Source: an uncultured Fibrobacteria bacterium
Lineage (GTDB): Bacteria > Fibrobacterota > Fibrobacteria > UBA11236
Assembly: GCA_963716395.1 (NCBI GenBank)
Contig: OY970309.1
Span: 2,976,001-3,040,000, forward strand
Length of the DNA: 64,000 nucleotides
Reading direction: 5' to 3'
The position numbers were made by a program, and so were the translations under genes. Position 1 is the stretch's first letter; each line of letters opens with the position of its first letter. A model generated the notes under the pieces. That model was not told the origin of the DNA. It did no database searches and saw nothing but the letters and a program-made list of their open reading frames with translations. Shown here in pieces: positions 49,948 through 58,437 of the stretch.

Positions 49948-52900
49948 TCCTGCAACCCCCAGCTTTGGGCCATGTCGGAGAAGTCTTTGACATCGATGCG
50001 TTCGGAAGCGCCGTCGATCCAAAGGTTGTACGCGTCCGACCAATCCGCATCGCCGTCCTGCGCGCCCCAATGCATTAGCAACAAATCGCGATCCGCAGCG
50101 TCGACCCGCAAATCGCCGTTGAGGTCGCCGCGCAGATGCGCCGCGCAGGAGACCAGGGGCCGGCCCGGTTCGGCCAGCAGCAACCGCGGCAAGCCGGTGG
50201 CGGGAATCCACACCGACAGCGCGCAGGCCGCGCAGGCCTGGCCGCGTCCAGCCACGTTCAGCCAGCGGCTTTGCAGGGCGTCGCGATAACCGGCTCCCAG
50301 CGCACGCAAAGGCCGGAAGGCCAGCAACGAGTCGGCGAAGATTAGGTCTTTGACGCCGTCGCCGCTGACATCGAGCAAGAGCGGCACGCCGAAGGCGGAC
50401 GGCGCGGTTAGCGATGCCCCCGAATCGCTTTGCACTTCCACCGGCGACGGACTGAGGGCGGGAGTGGAGGCCGTGCCGGTATTGCGGTACACGAACAAGC
50501 CTTGTCCCGACGAGTGAATCCACAAATCGGGCAGGCCGTCGCCGTCCCAATCCTCGGCCCAGACCTGCAAAGTTTCACCCGAGCGCGTGACCAAGGTTTG
50601 GCTTCGGGTGAATCCCGAATCAGATCCGAACACCACAAAGGCGACTCCGCTCGGGGAGGTGGCGAGCAGATCCGGATAACCGTCGAAATTCCAGTCCACG
50701 AAAATGGCGGAGCGCAGATGTGGATCCAGGCCCGGGAAAAAGTTTTGGCTGGAAGCGGTGAAGCGCAAATCGCGATCGGCAACCGTGTCGTCGTTGAGCA
50801 AAACATGAATGCCCGAGGGCGCGAACAAGACCAAGTCTTCTTGGCCGTCGAGATTGACGTCGCCCACGGCGGCGACCGTGCTGTCCGGAACCGTGAAGGG
50901 ATTGCCGTCGATGAGCAAGGTGTCGGCCGATCCGAAGCGCAGGGGAATGGAGGGCTGCATGGCCACGCGCCGCAACACCGTGGAGTCGGCCAGAGCCTTC
51001 ACGGCGAAGTGCACGGTGCGCAGGCCGCGCCGAGCCGCGGCAAAGGTGTACCACCCGGGGGTCAGAATATTGATGTCCACCGAGTCCTGGCCCAGCCGGG
51101 CGCTTTCATAGGGTCCGGCCGGCATGGCCAAAAAGTCGGTGCCGGCCGAGTCGGCCACCAGCCGGATGCTGCCGAGGCCGGCATGGGCGCTGATGACCTG
51201 AATCGAAACCGTGTCGGTGTCGGCCAGCATTCCATCCGAAGCGACGAAACGTACGCGATACAGGCCCGTGTCGCCCGCGGCCGGTGTGCCCGAATAGGTT
51301 GCGGCTTGCAGCGAAGCCCAGGCCGGGCTGTTGACCGCCGACAAGGCCACGGCGTCGCCGTCGGGATCGGAAACCGAAAGCGAAAACGACAGCAAGGTGC
51401 CGACGCGCACGGTTTGGGGCGGCACCGCGACGAGGACAGGCGGTCGGTCGACGTTGATCACGTGCACGGCCACGGTGTCGGTGTCGGCGAGAATGCCGTC
51501 TGAAGCCGTGAAGCGCAGTACATAGGATCCCGAATCGGAATAGCCCGGCGTCCAGGTGAATACGCTGTCGAGCAGAGACGATCCCGGCGGCGGATTCGCG
51601 AGGTCGAAAGCGATGGCATCGCCGTCGGCATCGGTGGCATGCAGGGTCAGCGTCAGGGTTGCGGTTTCGAACACCGCCGTATCGGGCAAGCGGGCCAGCA
51701 TGGGCGCCTGATCCGGCAACGCCCGCAAGGCCTGGTAGGCATTCAAACGCCCAAATCCATATTCATGGTTTTGGCCGCCGTCCACTGCTCCGGAATAGAC
51801 GACGCCTCCCACCTTGTCGCAGGTTGTGCGCATCACGTCCAGGACCTCATCGCGGGTCAAAGCCGAATCCCGCGACAGCACCAGGGCCGCAATGCCCGCC
51901 GCCAGCGGACAGGCCGCCGAGGTGCCGCCGAAGGCCTGGTCGTAATCGCCGGACACATAGCCGGCCGCGCCCGTGCGATCCGTGGTGGTCACCCAATCCC
52001 AGACGCCGTTGCTGGGAGCCAGAAAATCCACGGTCTTACCCGTTCCCGCGGCGTTGTACTGGCTGTAACCGATGCGGAAATCGAATTCCGAGGAGGCGCC
52101 GACCGCAATGGCACTGTCGGCCGAGGCCGGAAAGCTCACGGTGTCGACCTTGGTGTCGATGGTGCCGGCAATTCCGATGGATTTTTGGACATTTCCCAGG
52201 CTGTCGTAAAAGCGCACCAGCAACGAATCGCCGATTTGGTCGGATCGGTGCAGCATGAAGGCCACGAGGTCGCCGGAGTTGAAGGCGCGCAAGGGCAGGC
52301 GCAATTCCGAGGCGGCACCATTCGCCAAACCCGAAGCCGAACACGCCGCCCGTTGATCGCCGGTGCCGGAATAAAAATCCGAACTGTCGAGGGTCCACGC
52401 CGGCGTGCCGTTGGAGTCCCAGTCGGCGGGAATTCCGTCGGCAAAAGTTTCCAAGACGGAGGGCAACACCGAAGTCGAAAGGCCGAGATCATCGATGCAA
52501 ACGCGCTCTTCTCCCGCGCTTCCCGTGGCTTGGCGTTGCAAGCGAAATCCGATTTGGTACGATCCGGCCGGAATACCGTAGGAAGACAGCGCGATGCCGG
52601 CGGGGAGAAAATCGCTGGCGTCGTTACCTGCCGCGAAGAACACCAAAGACCCCTTGCCGTTGCGACCCAAAACGCTGGCATCGCGGATGGCCGAGGCCAT
52701 GGTGTTGGACGCCGGGTTTAAGCCCCAACTGTCGGAGAGCACGGGGCAATTCACCGTGTCGGCGGCCCAGCGGATGGCCTGGGCGATGGTTGTGGTGGAA
52801 ATCCACAAGTTGCCGGCCAAAATTTTCACCGGCAGGATTTTCACCTTGGGCGCCACGCCGCTGATGCCGATGAAGTTGTTGCCCACTGCGGCTGCAACGC

Positions 52901-53831
52901 CGGCCACGGCGGTGCCGTGGTTGTCCGAGGCCGAGTCGGGATTCGGGTCATTGCCAGGCGGCCAGGTTCCGCTCATATAGTTGCGGCCGCCGGTTTTGAT
53001 ATTGGCCGCCAAATCCGGATGGGTGGTTTGCACGCCGTCGTCGAGGATGGCGATGGTGATGGAAGAGTCGCCTTGGGTGAGGTTCCAGGCCGAATCCGCA
53101 TGCACGCTGGCGCCCGCCACGCCGTCACCGAATGGATCGACATTGCGCAAATTCATCTGCTGGTTGAACAGCGAATCGTCGGGAATGAATTCCTTGCGCG
53201 GCGGAAAAAGCATTTCGGGTTCGACCCAGGCGAGATCCGGCTCCTGCGCCAGTTGTGCCGACAGGGCCAGCGGGTCTTGCGTGGGGTCGAGCAGGGCGAA
53301 TAAAAAGGTGGTATTGCTTTCCGGCCCCACGAAGCGCAAACCATGCTGTTGCGCCCAGCGCGGCAAGGCCGCTTCGGCCGGCGCATCCCGCCAGCATACC
53401 GTCAGGCGATCGGTGGCCGTGAACTCGACCCGGTTGCGCGGGTCATACAAGATGGGTCGGGTGAAGGCGACGCGCGGATCGGCGCGCAGCAGCGTATCCA
53501 ATCCCGCCGCGGGGTAGCGGATGCCGGACGGAAAGCGGAGGGCGGTGATCTCTTGCGCAAGCATTCGGCTCTTGGAGAGGGTGCGGGCGCGGCCGGTCCA
53601 CCAACGGCCGGCTTTATTCCATGCTGGAGTTGCCGCAAAGGGGGTGGCATCGCTGCGCAAAAAGGCCATGACCCTGCCGGTGTTCCGGAGCACCGGCAGT
53701 TTGCGGCCTTGAAAAATCAGGGTATCACCGGCGCTTTGATATTCCTGCGCCGCATTCCAGGAAAATGCCGCCAACAGCCACACTACGGACATGCGCACAA
53801 GCCGCACTCGTGGACTTTCCACCGCCAGCAC
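49944..53831 (-). CDS. Secreted S8 subtilase with Ig/cadherin-like repeats, FG-GAP repeats and C-terminal dockerin-like domain
   Basis: Triad ILDDG / HGTAVAG / GGTSAACP, oxyanion AAGND; two DxDGD Ig-like repeats; FG-GAP D.N.DG..DL repeats; C-terminal GDLNGDLRVDAAD...IDVKDF. Start GTG 53831 or ATG 53792 (the track's 53933 overlaps ilvD). Confidence 0.88.
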   Translation of the reverse strand: MLAVESPRVRLVRMSVVWLLAAFSWNAAQEYQSAGDTLIFQGRKLPVLRNTGRVMAFLRSDATPFAATPAWNKAGRWWTGRARTLSKSRMLAQEITALRFPSGIRYPAAGLDTLLRADPRVAFTRPILYDPRNRVEFTATDRLTVCWRDAPAEAALPRWAQQHGLRFVGPESNTTFLFALLDPTQDPLALSAQLAQEPDLAWVEPEMLFPPRKEFIPDDSLFNQQMNLRNVDPFGDGVAGASVHADSAWNLTQGDSSITIAILDDGVQTTHPDLAANIKTGGRNYMSGTWPPGNDPNPDSASDNHGTAVAGVAAAVGNNFIGISGVAPKVKILPVKILAGNLWISTTTIAQAIRWAADTVNCPVLSDSWGLNPASNTMASAIRDASVLGRNGKGSLVFFAAGNDASDFLPAGIALSSYGIPAGSYQIGFRLQRQATGSAGEERVCIDDLGLSTSVLPSVLETFADGIPADWDSNGTPAWTLDSSDFYSGTGDQRAACSASGLANGAASELRLPLRAFNSGDLVAFMLHRSDQIGDSLLVRFYDSLGNVQKSIGIAGTIDTKVDTVSFPASADSAIAVGASSEFDFRIGYSQYNAAGTGKTVDFLAPSNGVWDWVTTTDRTGAAGYVSGDYDQAFGGTSAACPLAAGIAALVLSRDSALTRDEVLDVMRTTCDKVGGVVYSGAVDGGQNHEYGFGRLNAYQALRALPDQAPMLARLPDTAVFETATLTLTLHATDADGDAIAFDLANPPPGSSLLDSVFTWTPGYSDSGSYVLRFTASDGILADTDTVAVHVINVDRPPVLVAVPPQTVRVGTLLSFSLSVSDPDGDAVALSAVNSPAWASLQAATYSGTPAAGDTGLYRVRFVASDGMLADTDTVSIQVISAHAGLGSIRLVADSAGTDFLAMPAGPYESARLGQDSVDINILTPGWYTFAAARRGLRTVHFAVKALADSTVLRRVAMQPSIPLRFGSADTLLIDGNPFTVPDSTVAAVGDVNLDGQEDLVLFAPSGIHVLLNDDTVADRDLRFTASSQNFFPGLDPHLRSAIFVDWNFDGYPDLLATSPSGVAFVVFGSDSGFTRSQTLVTRSGETLQVWAEDWDGDGLPDLWIHSSGQGLFVYRNTGTASTPALSPSPVEVQSDSGASLTAPSAFGVPLLLDVSGDGVKDLIFADSLLAFRPLRALGAGYRDALQSRWLNVAGRGQACAACALSVWIPATGLPRLLLAEPGRPLVSCAAHLRGDLNGDLRVDAADRDLLLMHWGAQDGDADWSDAYNLWIDGASERIDVKDFSDMAQSWGLQE

Positions 53832-53914
53832 AAATTTCCCCCGCTTTGAAGGTAGCCGGGCCGGAGTAAACCCGCTGGGAAAATCCGGGTGAAAGCTTGA
53901 AGTAACCCGCCTGG

Positions 53915-55591
53915 TTACGCGTCGGTGACGCATCCCGTGGATGCGGAACTGACGGTTTTGATGTATTTGTACAGCGTGCCGCTCTTGACTTTGTAAGGCG
54001 GCGCGCTCCAGCCGGCGAAACGCGCCGCGATTTCGGCCTCGGTGAGATCGGCCTCGATGCGGTTCTTGGCCGCGTCGAGGGTGATCACGTCACCGTCGCG
54101 CAGCACGGCCAAAAGCCCGCCGCTTTGGGCTTCGGGCGTGACATGGCCCACCACGAAGCCGTGCGTGCCGCCGGAGAAACGCCCGTCGGTGATGAGCGCC
54201 ACGCTTTTACCCAACCCCGCGCCCATGAGGGCCGAAGTCACGGTCAGCATTTCGCTCATGCCCGGTCCGCCCTTGGGACCTTCGTATCGGATGACCACCA
54301 CATCGCCGGACACGATTTTTTTCTGTTCCAGGGCGTGCAGGCAATCTTCTTCGGAGTCGTAAATCTTGGCCGGACCGGTAAACGACAGCCCTTCTTTGCC
54401 GGTGATTTTGGCCACGGCGCCTTCGGTGGCGAGATTGCCGTACAGAATGCGGATATGCCCCGTGGTCTTGATCGGCTGCGAGACGGGAAACACGACTTTC
54501 TGGCCCGCGCGCAATCCGGGAAGGTTCTCCACGTTCTCGGCCAGGGTTTTTCCCGTGACCGTCAGGCAATCGCCGTGCAAAAAGCCCTCTTGGAGCAAGA
54601 GTTTGTGCACGGCGGGAATGCCGCCCACCGCGTGCAAATCCTCCATGACATAGGGTCCGCTGGGTTTGAGATCGGCGAGATAGGGGGTTTTATCGCTGAT
54701 GCGCTGGAAGTCGGCCAAGGTGAGTTCGACTTCGGCGGCGCGCGCCATGGCGATGAGATGCAACACGGCGTTGGTGGAGCCGCCCAGGGCCATGACCACG
54801 GTGATGGCGTTCTCAAAGGCTTTGCGGGTCAGAATGTCGCGCGGCTTGATATCGCGTTCCAGCAAGAGGAGCATGGCTTTTCCCAAACCCAGGCATTCGC
54901 GGAACTTTTCATCGCTGACGGCTGGCGCACAGGAGTCATAGGGCAGCGACAGCCCCAAGGTCTCGATGGCCGAAGCCATGGTGTTGGCGGTGTACATGCC
55001 GCCGCAGGCGCCTTGGCCCGGACAGGCATGTTCGAGGATTTCGTTCATGCCGTTTTGAGTGAGACGGCCTGCCAAATATTCGCCGTAGGCCTCGAAGGCC
55101 GACACCACATCGAGTTTCTTGCCGTTCCAATAACCCGGTAAAATGGTGCCACCGTACACCAGGATGCTGGGGCGGTTGAAGCGCGCCATGGCCATCACCG
55201 ATCCCGGCATATTCTTGTCGCAGCCCGCCACCGAGACGTTGCCGTCATACCATTGCGCCCGGGTCACGGTTTCGATGGAATCGGCGATGAGATCGCGCGA
55301 TTGCAGGCTGTAATTCATGCCTTCGGTACCCATGGAAATGCCGTCGCTGACGCCGATGGTGTGGAACACTAAGCCGATGATCCCTTCTTCACGCAAGCTC
55401 TTCTTGATGTGGCCGGCCAGGTCGTTGAGGTGCATGTTGCAGGGGTTGCCGTCGTAGCCCATGCTGGCCACGCCTACCTGGGGCTTATGCAGATCGTCTT
55501 CGTTGAGGCCGATGGCGTGCAGCATGGCCCGCGAAGCGGGTTGGGAGATGGTTTCGGTGAGGCGCGCGCTGTATTTGTTGAGCTTGGACAT
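53915..55591 (-). CDS. ilvD: Dihydroxy-acid dehydratase
   Basis: [50 protein letters not shown]. Confidence 0.97.
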   Translation of the reverse strand: MSKLNKYSARLTETISQPASRAMLHAIGLNEDDLHKPQVGVASMGYDGNPCNMHLNDLAGHIKKSLREEGIIGLVFHTIGVSDGISMGTEGMNYSLQSRDLIADSIETVTRAQWYDGNVSVAGCDKNMPGSVMAMARFNRPSILVYGGTILPGYWNGKKLDVVSAFEAYGEYLAGRLTQNGMNEILEHACPGQGACGGMYTANTMASAIETLGLSLPYDSCAPAVSDEKFRECLGLGKAMLLLLERDIKPRDILTRKAFENAITVVMALGGSTNAVLHLIAMARAAEVELTLADFQRISDKTPYLADLKPSGPYVMEDLHAVGGIPAVHKLLLQEGFLHGDCLTVTGKTLAENVENLPGLRAGQKVVFPVSQPIKTTGHIRILYGNLATEGAVAKITGKEGLSFTGPAKIYDSEEDCLHALEQKKIVSGDVVVIRYEGPKGGPGMSEMLTVTSALMGAGLGKSVALITDGRFSGGTHGFVVGHVTPEAQSGGLLAVLRDGDVITLDAAKNRIEADLTEAEIAARFAGWSAPPYKVKSGTLYKYIKTVSSASTGCVTDA

Positions 55592-55696
55592 GAGGCTCTC
55601 TCAATCGAAATGGGAAAAGGAAAGTTAAAAAAGCCTGGCGGCGTGTGGATTCGCGGCGCCGCACTCCTATTCATACCGGGAGGCGACCTTTCATAA

Positions 55697-55739
55697 ATCG
55701 TATAAATACGATATTGACATCATATCGTATTTATACGAT
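55697..55739. promoter_or_regulatory. Double palindromic ArsR-type operator overlapping a sigma-70 promoter
   Basis: ATCGTATAAATACGAT (55697-55712) and its exact reverse complement ATCGTATTTATACGAT (55724-55739) flank TTGACA (55714-55719); upstream of arsM. Confidence 0.8.
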
Positions 55740-55748
55740 ATTACTGCG

Positions 55749-55862
55749 ATGACTTTGAGTAAGCGGGATGGGTTATCGAAATTGAATGGTCCGAGAGGCG
55801 GGGCTCAAATCAGAAGCGTGCATGGATTACGACAAACCTGCGGTAAAAGGAGAACAACATGA
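55749..55862 (+). pseudogene. 37-aa ORF, probable internally deleted arsR remnant or leader peptide
   Basis: MTLSKRDGLSKLNGPRGGAQIRSVHGLRQTCGKRRTT*; occupies the usual arsR position and its TGA overlaps the arsM ATG; no HTH. Confidence 0.4.
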
Positions 55863-56767
55863 AAGTTTTCGGAATTGGAATTGGAAAAAGTGACAAGGGG
55901 TCGAAAGCTTGCTGCGGCCCCGCCTGCTGTGCCGAGCCGGCAAGCGAGTCGATGGCCGAAGATACGGCCCGCTTGGGTGCACGTCAACTCAAGGCCATGG
56001 TGAAGGAAAAATACAGTGAGATCGCCCGATCCGACGAGACTTCCGCTTCCTGTTGCGGCGCCGTATCTACGGCCACGGGAGAGAAGGTATGCTTCAGCGA
56101 AGGGTATGGAGATCTCCCGGGATACGAGCCGGCGGCGGATTTGGGACTGGGATGCGGATTGCCCACGGAAACCGCGGAGATTCAGCCCGGCGACACGGTG
56201 CTGGATTTGGGATCGGGCGCGGGCAACGACGCGTTCGTGGCCCGCAGCTTGGTGGGCGACGGACGCGTCATCGGCGTGGACATGACCGAAGCCATGATCG
56301 AAAAGGCCGAAAGCAATCGGGCCAAACTGGGCTATGCCAACGTCGAATTTCGCTTGGGCGAAATCGAAGCCTTACCGGTGGAAGACGCCTCCGTCGACGT
56401 GGTCATCAGCAATTGCGTGTTGAATCTGGTTCCGGATAAATCCAAGGCTTATGCCGAAATCCATCGCGTGTTGAAACCCGGCGGTCATTTCTCCATTTCC
56501 GACATCGTGCTTTCGGGTCCCATTCCCGAGCGAATGAAATCCATCGCGGCCCTGTACGCCGGTTGCGTGGCCGGAGCCATGGTCAAAAGCGACTATCTCT
56601 TCGCCGTCCTCGCCGCGGGATTCCACGAGATCCAACTCGTCAAAGAACGGGAGATCGTGATTCCCGACGCGGTATTGGCCGAGCATTTGAGTCAGGACGA
56701 AATCCGCATTCTCCGGCTGGCCGGCACCCGGATCCTGAGCGTTACCGTGCGCGCTGTCAAGGGATGA
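55859..56767 (+). CDS. arsM: Arsenite S-adenosylmethionine methyltransferase
   Basis: VKEKYSEIA..SCCG, LGLGCGLP, LDLGSGAG.D, ISNCVLNLVPDK, YAGCVAGA; AAGGAG RBS. Confidence 0.93.
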   Translation: MKVFGIGIGKSDKGSKACCGPACCAEPASESMAEDTARLGARQLKAMVKEKYSEIARSDETSASCCGAVSTATGEKVCFSEGYGDLPGYEPAADLGLGCGLPTETAEIQPGDTVLDLGSGAGNDAFVARSLVGDGRVIGVDMTEAMIEKAESNRAKLGYANVEFRLGEIEALPVEDASVDVVISNCVLNLVPDKSKAYAEIHRVLKPGGHFSISDIVLSGPIPERMKSIAALYAGCVAGAMVKSDYLFAVLAAGFHEIQLVKEREIVIPDAVLAEHLSQDEIRILRLAGTRILSVTVRAVKG

Positions 56768-56904
56768 AGACTGGGGAGTGGATGGTTTCGAAACCACAAA
56801 GGTTCGGTCGCCCTGCGGATTCGACTTCGTGTCCAATTGGTTGAACCATCCTTCCGATTTGGAATCCCGCTTGCCTCGCGTCCGCCGGAAGCGTAGGGCG
56901 TACT

Positions 56905-58311
56905 TTATCGACCGGTCGTGGCATACCCATCGGTCAGAGTATTGAGAAACGCGATTACATCCCGGATTTCCGCTGGGCTCAAGGCCGGGGGATCGCCGGG
57001 ATGGCGATTAAAGGGCGCATCGATCGTGTCGACATTGCCTTGGTATGGCTTCGGCACGTCATCATACTTGATCACCGCGCCGTTGCTGTCTTGCGGATAA
57101 AAGCGCGCCGGATGCAAATCCCGGTTCACATACCAGTCCAGCGCCGTGTCGAGGGAATGGAACACCCCGTTGTGGAACAATACCTGCCGCAGGGCGACAT
57201 TGCGCAGACTCGGAGTCAGGAACATGCCGCAGTATTTTGTCTGCTGTTGCATATCGCCGCGGAAGGGACCGCAAAGACCGAGATCGTGATAATGCGGATC
57301 CTTGTTGGCCGGAATGCCGGCATTGCGCGGCACACCCAGCGCTTCGTATTGAAAATCGGTGAACAACGGTGGCAAGCCGTTCCGGGCCGGTTGGTCGAGA
57401 TGACAGGCGGCGCAATTGCCTTTGTGGGGATCGTTGAAGGCGAGATACCCCCGCATTTCCCGGCGGGTGAAGCGCGCCTGGCCGGCCAGCCAGGCATCGA
57501 ACTTACTGCTGAAGGGGTGAAAGCTCGGATCTTCGATTTCAAAGCGCGCAATGGCGAACAAGGCTTCCGCCACGACCTGTTGTGTGTCCTGGAAGATGGG
57601 GGCGCCGAACAAGCGGAGAAAATCCTCCGAGTACTTCGCCTTTACGAGCTTACGCGCCAGGGTTGCCGGCGTGCCGGCATCCATCTCGTAGAGGTTGAAC
57701 ATGGGCCCGTCGGCTTGTTGCTGCAGGGTGTTCACGCGTCCATCCCAAAACAGACCCCCTTGCGGTACCAAATTGACCGCCGAAGCCTGTGGCGTCAAAG
57801 CCGTTTTCACCGCGCGTACGTGGCCCGCGGCTTGTTGCGCCTGCTGCTGCAAGGTGACCATCTGATCGTTGTCGCCGGAGTTGTCGGGTCCGATGCTGAA
57901 TCCGGGTTGGCGGTAGAGATAACGCAGGGAAGGCACGGCCCGGAAGCCGTTCATCTGCATGGCGGGACCGCCCAGCACCACGGCTTTGGCGTCGACCGGT
58001 CCATAGGCATGGGCCGGGCTGTGACAACTGCTGCAGGAAAGCCGGCCCGAGGACGACAGGCTGGAATCAAAAAATAATTTTCGCCCCAATTGCGCCATCG
58101 CCGAAAGCGGTGCCGAAGGAGGAAGTCGGAGCCTCACGGGATGAGGATTGAATCCAAAAGACAGTTGCACAGCATCCCGGGGTCGTATCAACCAGTTGCG
58201 AAATGCAACCGGACTCGACGCGATGAGGACGGCGAGTAACCCGACGCCACCCAGAAACACACCGGTCGCCGCCAGGATTCCGGGAGTCGTGGGAAACCGT
58301 CGGTCGTCCAT
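56905..58311 (-). CDS. Diheme cytochrome c peroxidase superfamily protein (MauG/BthA-like)
   Basis: CSSCH and CAACH, LFWDGR, TPSLRNV..FHNG, AFLNTLTD; N-terminal TM or signal. Confidence 0.9.
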   Translation of the reverse strand: MDDRRFPTTPGILAATGVFLGGVGLLAVLIASSPVAFRNWLIRPRDAVQLSFGFNPHPVRLRLPPSAPLSAMAQLGRKLFFDSSLSSSGRLSCSSCHSPAHAYGPVDAKAVVLGGPAMQMNGFRAVPSLRYLYRQPGFSIGPDNSGDNDQMVTLQQQAQQAAGHVRAVKTALTPQASAVNLVPQGGLFWDGRVNTLQQQADGPMFNLYEMDAGTPATLARKLVKAKYSEDFLRLFGAPIFQDTQQVVAEALFAIARFEIEDPSFHPFSSKFDAWLAGQARFTRREMRGYLAFNDPHKGNCAACHLDQPARNGLPPLFTDFQYEALGVPRNAGIPANKDPHYHDLGLCGPFRGDMQQQTKYCGMFLTPSLRNVALRQVLFHNGVFHSLDTALDWYVNRDLHPARFYPQDSNGAVIKYDDVPKPYQGNVDTIDAPFNRHPGDPPALSPAEIRDVIAFLNTLTDGYATTGR

Positions 58312-58437
58312 TTACCGATCCGCAGGTCGCATAGACAACGGAATCGTCCGCTTCCCGGAAAAAAAATCGGTACGCATCGCGAAGATGCGTACCGGCAGCC
58401 CGGTTTGCTTGCTTGAATCGTTTAGGAACACCATCAA

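Noticed and set aside
49948-50550. N-terminal extension of the 420-aa track ORF
   Set aside because: Overlaps the protease 3' end in another frame; the signal peptide and ATGA coupling place the start at 49947.
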